The notes beneath the pieces are model-generated. The model did not search any database. It saw only the letters and a list, made by a program, of their open reading frames with translations, and was not told the origin of the DNA. The translations under genes were made by a program, and so were the position numbers. A stretch of DNA of 32,987 nt from a virus (Duplodnaviria; Caudoviricetes). This document shows, piece after piece, positions 25,074-32,987 of this stretch; position 1 is the first letter of the stretch, and each line of letters opens with the position of its first letter. The stretch spans positions 1 to 32,987 of IMG/VR virus record IMGVR_UViG_3300044677_000006; one strand, given 5' to 3'.

Positions 25074-25498
25074 AAAAGAAAATTCGTAGAATATCAAAAT
25101 ATAAGGGTCTTCCTCTGATAGATGCAACTAAAGATTTAGAAATTTGTGTGAGTGAAAAAGATGTGTCTAATTCTAAAAAAAATGATCCATCTAATTGTGC
25201 AGCCGCAAACGCTGCTAAAAGGATACTAAAAGCAGAAGTAGAAGTTCATATATCTAGAGTATATGTTAAAAATAAAAATCATTGGATTCGATTCTTAACT
25301 CCACAATCAATTAGTAGAGAAGTTACATCATTTGATAGGGGTGCATCTTTTGAACCTGGAAATTATGTCATTAAAGCTCCTTCAACTGGTCAAAAATTGG
25401 GATATTATAAAATAAGTAGGCATACAGAAACTAATAAAGGTAAGAAATTAATAGGTAAACGCCATATTACTGCTAATATTAGAGAATCAGCTCGATGA
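25070..25498 (+). CDS. Basic hypothetical protein
   Basis: 142 aa; GAGGA SD; ATGA overlaps. Confidence 0.65.
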   Translation: MKKKIRRISKYKGLPLIDATKDLEICVSEKDVSNSKKNDPSNCAAANAAKRILKAEVEVHISRVYVKNKNHWIRFLTPQSISREVTSFDRGASFEPGNYVIKAPSTGQKLGYYKISRHTETNKGKKLIGKRHITANIRESAR

Positions 25499-26367
25499 AA
25501 GCATCACAAATAACACTCGATAAAAATATATCTTTTTTATTTAAATCCAGTCCAGGTTTTGGAAAGACGCTTGCGGCTGCAAGCTTTGCAGTAGAAGGTC
25601 CAGTCTATTTAGCATATTGGGATAAGAGCAAACCAGTAGAACTAGCTACATTTTTCACAGAGAAAAGATTTGGTTCTCTTGCTAAGAAAATTTTAGATAA
25701 TATTGAATATGATGTATATGGAAGTGATAATGCAAATGCTTATCTAAATAAACTAATTGATCTTGCTAGTGATTGCAGGTATTTTGCAGTTATTAATGAT
25801 TCTATCACATTTATGACAGCCGGAGCCGTTAACTGGTCTATGAACTTCGGGAAAGATCCTAAGCTAAAGAAGAAGATTAAAGATGTTCTCCCTGATTGGG
25901 ATGAATATAAAGTTGAAACTAGTATCGTAAGTCAATGTATTGATATTTCTAAAAGACTTCCGTGTCATACAATTTGGACGGCACATCCCCTTGCTGGAGT
26001 TAGTCTTAGCGGCTCAGGAAGTGCAATGAAAGTAATACGTACTAATCCTATAGTATCATATGGTAGTAAAGTTGCTAGTATGGTTCCAGGTTCATTTACA
26101 GAGATATATCATTTCTCTCAACAGAGTGATTATAGTGAAGGTAGATCGTCTAAAAAATATATAGTAAATACTGAAGCCGTTGGTGACGAATATGCAAAGA
26201 GTCCACTTCTAGGAGATTATGTAAAAGAATTTGATATTACTGACCGTCTATTTTATCACGTATGGAAAGAACTTATTGATAAATCTCAAGGTAAAGAAAC
26301 TAAAATAGTAGAGAATATTAAAGATGATATCCTCACATCAATAGCACCCAGAAATCCGTGGACGTAA
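25495..26367 (+). CDS. P-loop ATPase (AAA_24/Sak4-like recombination protein)
   Basis: Walker A SSPGFGKT, Walker B-like VINDSIT, TAH; adjacent to an SSB-like gene. Confidence 0.75.
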   Translation: MKASQITLDKNISFLFKSSPGFGKTLAAASFAVEGPVYLAYWDKSKPVELATFFTEKRFGSLAKKILDNIEYDVYGSDNANAYLNKLIDLASDCRYFAVINDSITFMTAGAVNWSMNFGKDPKLKKKIKDVLPDWDEYKVETSIVSQCIDISKRLPCHTIWTAHPLAGVSLSGSGSAMKVIRTNPIVSYGSKVASMVPGSFTEIYHFSQQSDYSEGRSSKKYIVNTEAVGDEYAKSPLLGDYVKEFDITDRLFYHVWKELIDKSQGKETKIVENIKDDILTSIAPRNPWT

Positions 26368-26395
26368 ACAACAAAAACAACAAGGACAAACAACA

Positions 26396-26776
26396 ATGCA
26401 GGTATTTCTCACACCGGACGATCTCAAAAAGGGTGATTTAGCAGAAGTCGGCTGGCATCCAGCAGAGATCACAGATTACAAGGAAAAGGAAGCTGAGACA
26501 GATCAATCTACTAATTGTATCTTTACATTTAAGATTATTGATGGTCCAAATAAAGGAGTTACTGCTAATAAACTCTTTAATGAGAAGGCTCTTGGATTCG
26601 GTAAGAGCTTGTGGAAGACTCTTAATTTTCCATATGATGCCGTTAAGGGGTATGCTCTTAGTTCAGAATTATTTGGTAGAACTGCTGGTAGCAAGATGAT
26701 GATTTATATTAAGCGTGGAAAATCAAATAAGGGTAATGAGTTTAATGATGTTGTCGATTTCAAGCCTATGAGCTAG
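26396..26776 (+). CDS. Putative single-stranded DNA-binding protein (DUF669-like)
   Basis: G.HPAEI...F.IIDGP.KG...N.V pattern; synteny with the Sak4-like ATPase. Confidence 0.65.
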   Translation: MQVFLTPDDLKKGDLAEVGWHPAEITDYKEKEAETDQSTNCIFTFKIIDGPNKGVTANKLFNEKALGFGKSLWKTLNFPYDAVKGYALSSELFGRTAGSKMMIYIKRGKSNKGNEFNDVVDFKPMS

Positions 26777-26785
26777 TTTAAGTAT

Positions 26786-26828
26786 TTGCTGGAATGGTAG
26801 AGAAATTTATCATTCCAGCAATCTTTTT
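26786..26828 (+). terminator. Intrinsic terminator
   Basis: ttgctggaatggtaga-gaaa-tttatcattccagcaa followed by tcttttt. Confidence 0.75.
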
Positions 26829-26837
26829 GGAGACTCG

Positions 26838-27101
26838 ATGAGCGAACAGCCAAAATTTATTGAAAAAGCGAAAGAGACACATTCCTTTCATCGTTCTAAA
26901 TGTTTATCACATAATAAGTGGACAGTAGCTATGACGGCTAAAGCTCTTAGACGTAGCTTGGGTTCTATTAGCGAAGATTTATTAATAGCTAAATGGTTAA
27001 AAACTCACGATAAAGTGCTAGAGAAATTCGATTATGCATATGAAGCATTAGAATTTATTAGAAAAAAGAAGAAAGAACTTGATTTAGATGAGATAGATTG
27101 A
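26838..27101 (+). CDS. Putative HTH DNA-binding protein
   Basis: WTVAMTAKALRRSLGSISEDL is HTH-like; GGAG SD. Confidence 0.6.
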   Translation: MSEQPKFIEKAKETHSFHRSKCLSHNKWTVAMTAKALRRSLGSISEDLLIAKWLKTHDKVLEKFDYAYEALEFIRKKKKELDLDEID

Positions 27102-27102
27102 C

Positions 27103-27312
27103 ATGCTTAGAGCTATTCAAGAAATTATTGAGAAAGATGATAAATATAAAGTAAGATTAAAGTGCGGTCACATGTTAAGTCATAAATTTAAAATTAAACC
27201 AAGTTTTGATTCAGTCTATAATTGTCCTGCCTGTGAGATTAAAGGTCAAGGAACTAAAGCTTCTGGAGTAGGATATCTAAATAATGGTTTACGAAGGAAA
27301 GGACACGATTAG
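27103..27312 (+). CDS. Small zinc-finger protein
   Basis: LKCGH...CPAC. Confidence 0.6.
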   Translation: MLRAIQEIIEKDDKYKVRLKCGHMLSHKFKIKPSFDSVYNCPACEIKGQGTKASGVGYLNNGLRRKGHD

Positions 27313-27361
27313 ATTTGTCCAGAAATAATTCTTCAAAATTCAGAAGTAGGAAATAATAAAA

Positions 27362-29830
27362 TTGCCTAATTACGTTTCTGGTATTGGGTCAGTCGAACCT
27401 AAGTTAATGATCGTCGGCGAAGCGCCAGGAAAATACGAAGATGAACAAGGTATTCCATTCGTCGGACCAACAGGAAAGATGCTTGATGAATATTTATTTA
27501 AAGCTGGAATACGTCGTAGCGACTGTTATATTACTAATGTAATAAAATATAGACCTCCTCTTAATGATCTTAAGAAACTTCATCTCATAGGAATAGACAT
27601 TGGACAATCAATGCAAGAATTGTGGGATAATGAAATTAACAAACTTCATCCTAATTGTATCCTTGCTGTTGGTGATTTGGCCTTACAGGCTGTTTGTGAT
27701 TGTTCTGGTATTCTTAATTATCGTGGATCTATTCTTACGGCTCGTGATGGAATCACAAAAGTAGTTCCAACTATTCATCCAGCCGCTCTATTCTCACACG
27801 GCGGAGAAGATTCTAAGGGTGGATTGAGTTATGTTTATACAAAGCTTATTGAAGCTGATATTATCCGAGCCGCTGAGGAATCATTAACTAAGACTCTTAT
27901 CCTTCCTGAACGAACTTTAAGTGTATGTCATAACTCTCTAGAAGCACACAGATTCTTCCGTGAATACGAAAAACTCGACAAAGCGGCTATTGATATTGAG
28001 TCTATTAATTGTGTTCCTGTCTGTGTTGGCTTCGCTTTCAATAAACACCACGCTATCAGTATTCCAATATTGCGTAATATTGGTACTAACAAACTTACTG
28101 ATATGGGAGATAATGAGTTAGATGAATGTTGGAGAATGATTGATGAGCAACTCAGAAGAGTTAGAATTATTGGACACAATTTCATGTATGATGAATATAA
28201 ATTATCACTTATCGGGTTTGAATGTCCAAATGTCACTTCAGACACACTTATTAAAACCAGAGTCATCTTCCCAGAACTTCCAGATAAAAGATTGTGTGTT
28301 GTTAGTTCATTGTGGACAAGAGAACCATACTATAAAGATGATGGGAAGGAATTTAAACTAGGTAAAGTTAATTTTGAACGATTTCTTACATACAATGCAA
28401 GAGATTGCGCTGTCGAATTTGAAGTAGATGAAGCACAGGAAAAAGATTTACATGAGCTAGCAGATAAATTCTCTGTTCCATTAGTAGATTATTATTACAA
28501 TTATATGATGAAGAAACATAAATTCTATTTAAAGCTACAGATGACTGGTAAAAGAGTAGATCATGCTAGACAGAAAGAGCTAAGAATTAAATATACACAT
28601 ATGCAAGAAGAAGTTCATAATAAGCTCATAGCCGCAATCGGTCAGGATGTGAATGTTAAATCCTATCCTCAGATGTTTGAACTTCTCTACAAGATTATGA
28701 AGTTTAAAGTTCGTAAACGAGATCCAACAAGCGAAGATAGCATAGTAGCATTACTTGGTCAGTGTAAAGATAAACTTAAGAAAGAGATTCTGAATGATGT
28801 CCTCGAAGAACGTCGAATTAGAGATCAAAAAAGTCGCCAAATCTCTTTCAGTCCTGACTACGATGGACGATGCAAATCGGCTTACAATATCTCAGCAACT
28901 GAGACTTGTCGTTCTTCTACTGGGATACTTAAGAAACCGCTTAGACCAAAAAAGATTGGATTGGCCGATCATACAATTTCTGCTCACGGCAGATTGGCTA
29001 AAGATATCAAATCTATGTTCATTGCCGATGAAGGAAAAGTTATTATCCAGGTCGATGCTTCGCAAGCTGAGGCTAGGGTCGTGGCGGTATTGAGCGAAGA
29101 TTGGGTTCTCTTAGAAGCTTTTGATAAAGTTGATGTTCATAGACGTACAGCAGGATTGATCTTTGGTTATACCTCAAAATTAGAATTGGGAGTTGATTTT
29201 AAGCATCCAATTATTGATCTTTTACCCAAAGGAGGAGCGGAGAGATTTACTGGCAAAGTTGTAAGACATGCTTCAAATTATGATATGAAAAAGCACACCT
29301 TTATGGTTACTTTTAATACTAATGCACAAAAATATGATATTCCCATGGATGTGTCTGAGTGGCGCTCGAATCAAATGTTAGAATTATTTCATTCTGCTAG
29401 CCCAAAGGTTAGGGGAAAATTCCATAGGGATATTAAAGATGCAATAGACTCCACAAGAGTATTAATTGACCCTATGGGAGGAGTAAGAATTTTTAATGGC
29501 AGAATGGATGATAGTCTTTATGGAGAGGCATATGCTAATATTCCACAAAGAACTATTGCTCATTTAATACAAGGTGCGGCCCTAAAAATAGATGAAGAGT
29601 TAAATGGAGACACTCAAATTATGTGGAGTGAAGAAAAACATGACTCACTTACTCTTCAAGCTCCAGCATCTAACTGGAAGCCATATGCTGAACTTATGAA
29701 AAAACATATGGAAAGAGAAATTGATTTTTCAACATATTGTAGTTTGAAGAGAGATTACAAACTTATAATTCCGTGTGAATTAGAAATATCATATACTAAT
29801 TATGCAGAATTTGAAAGTATAAAATTATAA
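27362..29830 (+). CDS. polA: Family A DNA polymerase with N-terminal uracil-DNA glycosylase-like domain and 3'-5' exonuclease
   Basis: UDG: GEAPG..E...G.PFVG, TIHPA; Exo: DIE, HN..YD, YNARD; Pol: DASQAEAR, R...K...H...Y, HDS; TTG start with AGGA SD. Confidence 0.92.
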   Translation: MPNYVSGIGSVEPKLMIVGEAPGKYEDEQGIPFVGPTGKMLDEYLFKAGIRRSDCYITNVIKYRPPLNDLKKLHLIGIDIGQSMQELWDNEINKLHPNCILAVGDLALQAVCDCSGILNYRGSILTARDGITKVVPTIHPAALFSHGGEDSKGGLSYVYTKLIEADIIRAAEESLTKTLILPERTLSVCHNSLEAHRFFREYEKLDKAAIDIESINCVPVCVGFAFNKHHAISIPILRNIGTNKLTDMGDNELDECWRMIDEQLRRVRIIGHNFMYDEYKLSLIGFECPNVTSDTLIKTRVIFPELPDKRLCVVSSLWTREPYYKDDGKEFKLGKVNFERFLTYNARDCAVEFEVDEAQEKDLHELADKFSVPLVDYYYNYMMKKHKFYLKLQMTGKRVDHARQKELRIKYTHMQEEVHNKLIAAIGQDVNVKSYPQMFELLYKIMKFKVRKRDPTSEDSIVALLGQCKDKLKKEILNDVLEERRIRDQKSRQISFSPDYDGRCKSAYNISATETCRSSTGILKKPLRPKKIGLADHTISAHGRLAKDIKSMFIADEGKVIIQVDASQAEARVVAVLSEDWVLLEAFDKVDVHRRTAGLIFGYTSKLELGVDFKHPIIDLLPKGGAERFTGKVVRHASNYDMKKHTFMVTFNTNAQKYDIPMDVSEWRSNQMLELFHSASPKVRGKFHRDIKDAIDSTRVLIDPMGGVRIFNGRMDDSLYGEAYANIPQRTIAHLIQGAALKIDEELNGDTQIMWSEEKHDSLTLQAPASNWKPYAELMKKHMEREIDFSTYCSLKRDYKLIIPCELEISYTNYAEFESIKL

Positions 29831-30291
29831 TGTTTGCAATAAAATTGGCTGAATTAAGTAAAGAAGCAATTGGATTAATTCCTAAAACTATAAATAGTAA
29901 TGGATGTTGGATTCCAATTACTAAATCAGCAAACAGTAATGGATATATTCAAGTAACATGGAATGGAAAATATCATAACCTACATAGGATTGTAGTATGT
30001 ATATATTATAATAGAGATTATGATGATAAATCATTTCTAGCTTTACATAGTAAAGATTGTAGTAAATCTTGCTTTTTTCATGAACATCTTAGGACCGGAA
30101 CAGAAGGAGATAATATTAGAGATTCTGTCTTACATGGTACTCATAAAGAAACTCGTAAATTAGTATGTCCTAAATGTAAAGGTGAATATAGAAGAAGAAA
30201 GAGAACAAGATATGGAGTAGAATGTTGGATTAGATATTGTGTTAATTGTTATAATGAGCAGAGAAAAACACTTTTGAAGAAATTATTATGA
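29830..30291 (+). CDS. HNH/His-Me finger homing endonuclease
   Basis: GCW...NGY...HR...LH...C...C....HL..GT..DN; C-terminal CPKC...CVNC. Confidence 0.8.
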   Translation: MFAIKLAELSKEAIGLIPKTINSNGCWIPITKSANSNGYIQVTWNGKYHNLHRIVVCIYYNRDYDDKSFLALHSKDCSKSCFFHEHLRTGTEGDNIRDSVLHGTHKETRKLVCPKCKGEYRRRKRTRYGVECWIRYCVNCYNEQRKTLLKKLL

Positions 30292-30509
30292 CAACAATTT
30301 GTTTAATAGCCTCAAATGAAGAAGAAGCCTATCGTTGGGCTAGAAATCAGAACTTAAATAAAAATCAATATTTTTATCCACACTCAGCTAATGATCTTCT
30401 ATTTCATACAAATTTTCATGTTATCGTGGTAGGACAAAATTTTTCATCACCAGTATTTGAGAAGATATATAATCTAGCTTTAGAAAGAGGTAAAATTGGT
30501 AGAATCTGA
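30288..30509 (+). CDS. Hypothetical protein
   Basis: 73 aa; ATGA overlap. Confidence 0.6.
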   Translation: MTTICLIASNEEEAYRWARNQNLNKNQYFYPHSANDLLFHTNFHVIVVGQNFSSPVFEKIYNLALERGKIGRI

Positions 30510-30669
30510 TAAAATTAATTTAGAATTAACTATCAGAGAAGCTGATATTATTCGTAGAGCAATAGCTAGTAATAGTCCATTAAAAGAGGATGAGATGATT
30601 TCATTTATGATTTATTCTAGAATAACACGAGCGATCGAAAATGCAATTGGTAAAAATGAGCCTTTGTGA
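30496..30669 (+). CDS. Small hypothetical protein (57 aa), absent from the ORF track
   Basis: TTG start with GAGGT SD; MVESDKINLELTIREADII...NEPL*; GTGA overlap with the next gene. Confidence 0.55.
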   Translation: MVESDKINLELTIREADIIRRAIASNSPLKEDEMISFMIYSRITRAIENAIGKNEPL

Positions 30670-31100
30670 ATATTTTCAATAAAGAATATATTTTATCAAT
30701 TCCTAAAACTATAAATGAAAATGGATGTTGGATTCCTACACAAAAGCCAGAGTCCACAGGATATATTCATATTACAGTTAATGGATTTAGATTTTTACTT
30801 CATAGATTATCAATGTGTATTCAATACAATGTTGAATATGATAATAAAGAGATAATTACTAGACATAGTAAAGATTGTTTGAAAGCATGTTTTAATCCAG
30901 AACATTTAAAATCTGGTAGTGATTCAGAAAATCAATTAGATAGAGTAGAACATGGAAATCATTATAATGCTAATAAATTAGTATGTCCTAAATGTGGATC
31001 AAAATATAAAATTCGCTTAATCAAAATTGGAATTAGAAAGGGAAAATTCAGACGTGATTGCCCTATTTGTAGTAACAATTGGAATAGAAAAAAATCCTAG
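30666..31100 (+). CDS. HNH/His-Me finger homing endonuclease, paralog of 29830..30291
   Basis: IPKTINENGCWIP, HRL, HSKDC.K.CFNPEHL, KLVCPKC...CPIC. Confidence 0.8.
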   Translation: MNIFNKEYILSIPKTINENGCWIPTQKPESTGYIHITVNGFRFLLHRLSMCIQYNVEYDNKEIITRHSKDCLKACFNPEHLKSGSDSENQLDRVEHGNHYNANKLVCPKCGSKYKIRLIKIGIRKGKFRRDCPICSNNWNRKKS

Positions 31101-31102
31101 GC

Positions 31103-32350
31103 ATGGGAATCAATTGGATTGAGGATTTAATAAATGAACATGATTCTATAGAAACTCCAATTAGTTGGCTGTTTTGGAGTTTAATGTGTTGTATCTCAGC
31201 CGTTGCCGCTAACGCATACACTCTTAGAACTCTAAAAGGAAATCTTTTATATTATCCTAACCTCTATGTCATTTTAATGGGAGAGTCAGGACTTGGGAAG
31301 GGATTTCCAGTTAATCTTGCAAAGCGTCTTGTTATGTCTGCTGATAATACTAGAGTTATCGCTGGCAGGAGTTCTATTCAGGCTATAATTAAAGAGCTTG
31401 CAACCACGCGTAGCGTGCAAGGTAAAGCTATAATAACTGATTCTAGAGGTTTCGTAGTAAATGGTGAACTATCAACGGCTATTATACAAGATCCTGATAG
31501 TTTAACGATTCTAACTGATTTATATGATAGAAATTACAATCCACAGTGGACAAATCTTCTAAAGGGTGATGGTGCCGAAAAGCTCAAAGAACCATATATC
31601 ACATGTTTATTTGGGTCGTCCCCAGCTCATTTTTATGATAGCATCCCACAAGCTAATATTGAGGGTGGATATATTGGAAGAAACTTGGTCATCTATGAAG
31701 AAAAAAGATCAAAAGATGTTGATCTCCTTGACTCGGAAAAAGAAAGTATTGATGAAGATAGATTTACAAATTATATAGTTCCTAAATATGTTCCTCATTT
31801 ACAGAAAATAGCCATTAATAAAGCTAGATTAATACCGGACGAAGCCGCTCGGCAGGCATTCAATACGTGGAGAAAAGAATGGAGATCAACTCAAGCACAG
31901 TACAATGATAGAACTGGATTCGTTAATAGAGTTCCAGATCATGTGCTCAAAGTAGCTATGTGTTTAACATTAGCTAGATATGATAGTAATACAGTTATAA
32001 TAGAATCTGACATTACAGAATCGATAAAGAAAGTTACTTCACTCATTTATGCGAGTGAAAAAGCTGCTAGCGGTGGAGGATTAGATCCTCTTGCACAACA
32101 GACTAAAAGAGTTGTTGATCATCTGATTGCGGCTTCTGAAAATCAACTTCTTCGCAAGGAACTTCTTATAAGAGGACATTTAGACTATGATCCTATGACT
32201 CTTGATAAAATAATTGACACTCTTATGGAAATGGGTTGGTGCCGTAGAGAGAAAATAGGAATTGGTAAAAATAGTGATTGGTTATATAAATTATCAGGTG
32301 AACCAAAAAACAATTTAGTCAAATTCAGAGAACAGAGGAGATCAGAATGA
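31103..32350 (+). CDS. P-loop helicase-like protein (DUF3987/YfjI-like)
   Basis: YPNLYVILMGESGLGKG Walker A, LTDLYD, GGYIGR; location in the replication module. Confidence 0.7.
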   Translation: MGINWIEDLINEHDSIETPISWLFWSLMCCISAVAANAYTLRTLKGNLLYYPNLYVILMGESGLGKGFPVNLAKRLVMSADNTRVIAGRSSIQAIIKELATTRSVQGKAIITDSRGFVVNGELSTAIIQDPDSLTILTDLYDRNYNPQWTNLLKGDGAEKLKEPYITCLFGSSPAHFYDSIPQANIEGGYIGRNLVIYEEKRSKDVDLLDSEKESIDEDRFTNYIVPKYVPHLQKIAINKARLIPDEAARQAFNTWRKEWRSTQAQYNDRTGFVNRVPDHVLKVAMCLTLARYDSNTVIIESDITESIKKVTSLIYASEKAASGGGLDPLAQQTKRVVDHLIAASENQLLRKELLIRGHLDYDPMTLDKIIDTLMEMGWCRREKIGIGKNSDWLYKLSGEPKNNLVKFREQRRSE

Positions 32351-32607
32351 GTTCATTCGGAAATAGTAATGTTGAGTCTTATCTTGTTGGAGTAACTACA
32401 AATCCTCAACCTAATAATAGAGTTACAGTTAGTCTTCCTAACGGTAATGTCTTTAGTATGCAGCCAGATGGAAGTAGACAGACTAGACCTGCAGGAACTA
32501 ATGGACCATTTGAACAAGCTCTAGTTACGCCTAAAGGTTTATTATTTGATGGTATGAACGATCCTATATTTAAAGGAAATGCTTACTTGGTGAGTTACAT
32601 TGAATAA
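32347..32607 (+). CDS. Small protein with one fascin/beta-trefoil-like repeat
   Basis: VSLPNGNVFSMQPDGS...GPFEQ pattern; GAGGA SD. Confidence 0.55.
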   Translation: MSSFGNSNVESYLVGVTTNPQPNNRVTVSLPNGNVFSMQPDGSRQTRPAGTNGPFEQALVTPKGLLFDGMNDPIFKGNAYLVSYIE

Positions 32608-32987
32608 AAAATATTTACTGCTAGATAATCAGACTCAAAGGAAACTTTGGACAAAACAAGAAATATGTAATGTTCAAGGAAATTTCTGCAATCTATTTGA
32701 TTCAGATGGTTTTCCTATTTTTGAGATATTTATTGCTACCTTAATTATAGAAAATAATTTTGTTAAAGCAGATGAGTGGATTTCTATCTTAAAAAAGGCT
32801 GGCTCAACGCATATTAATCTTTCAATCTCATATAGTTATCCAGAAAATTTAGGATGGGCACCAGGATATCCTATTAATGGACATGATTTCACTTCTGATT
32901 TAGCAGGATATCAACGAGTTATTGATTACTGTGCTGATAGAGATTTAATACCAATATTGAAAATGTCTTCTGATGGTCAAGGATTTG
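32600..32987 (+). CDS. Putative glycoside-hydrolase-like TIM-barrel protein, truncated by the window edge
   Basis: Open frame from TTG to the window end: ...ILKKAGSTHINLSIS...DLAGYQRVIDYCADRDLIPIL..., resembling the first strands and helices of clan GH-A barrels. Confidence 0.45.
   Translation, partial: MNKKYLLLDNQTQRKLWTKQEICNVQGNFCNLFDSDGFPIFEIFIATLIIENNFVKADEWISILKKAGSTHINLSISYSYPENLGWAPGYPINGHDFTSDLAGYQRVIDYCADRDLIPILKMSSDGQGF

Noticed and set aside
302-31778. Antisense or alternate-frame ORFs in the track (e.g. 302..553, 6613..6951, 8540..8842, 12273..12617, 16773..17021, 27928..28266, 28794..29093, 31566..31778)
   Set aside because: Wholly or largely nested in better-supported genes, with no motifs or translation signals
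1-32987. Stop-codon reassignment
   Set aside because: Genes tile densely in the standard code, and TAA, TAG and TGA all end genes at sensible junctions

Overview
The window is the central part of an AT-rich (roughly one-third GC, estimated by eye) tailed dsDNA phage genome, probably podovirus-like, with two divergent arms. The left arm (1-15975, minus strand) is morphogenetic: putative small terminase, small membrane and lipoproteins, large terminase, portal, scaffold, major capsid, Ser/Thr/Gly-rich virion proteins, a GT2 glycosyltransferase inside the head module, and tail adaptor/nozzle-like genes. The centre (about 15976-17830) is a control region with four sigma70-type promoters, a terminator and a GC-richer island. 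The right arm (17834 to end, plus strand) covers early and replication functions: SNF2-like helicase, PD-(D/E)XK nuclease, tRNA-Leu(TAA), P-loop ATPase plus SSB-like gene, uracil-DNA-glycosylase/family A polymerase fusion, DUF3987-like helicase and a glycoside-hydrolase-like ORF. Four free-standing homing endonucleases form two paralogous pairs. No integrase, reverse transcriptase or CRISPR array was seen. The most unusual observations are: two modular hexamer arrays bracketing one early gene; a 49-codon AAT/TAT-only tract in the next gene; genome-wide excess of AGCCG/CGGCT and GCGWAGC words; His at polymerase position 762; a duplicated RKAWSL gene junction; and the GT2 among capsid genes. All product calls come from motif recognition and synteny; no database search was run.
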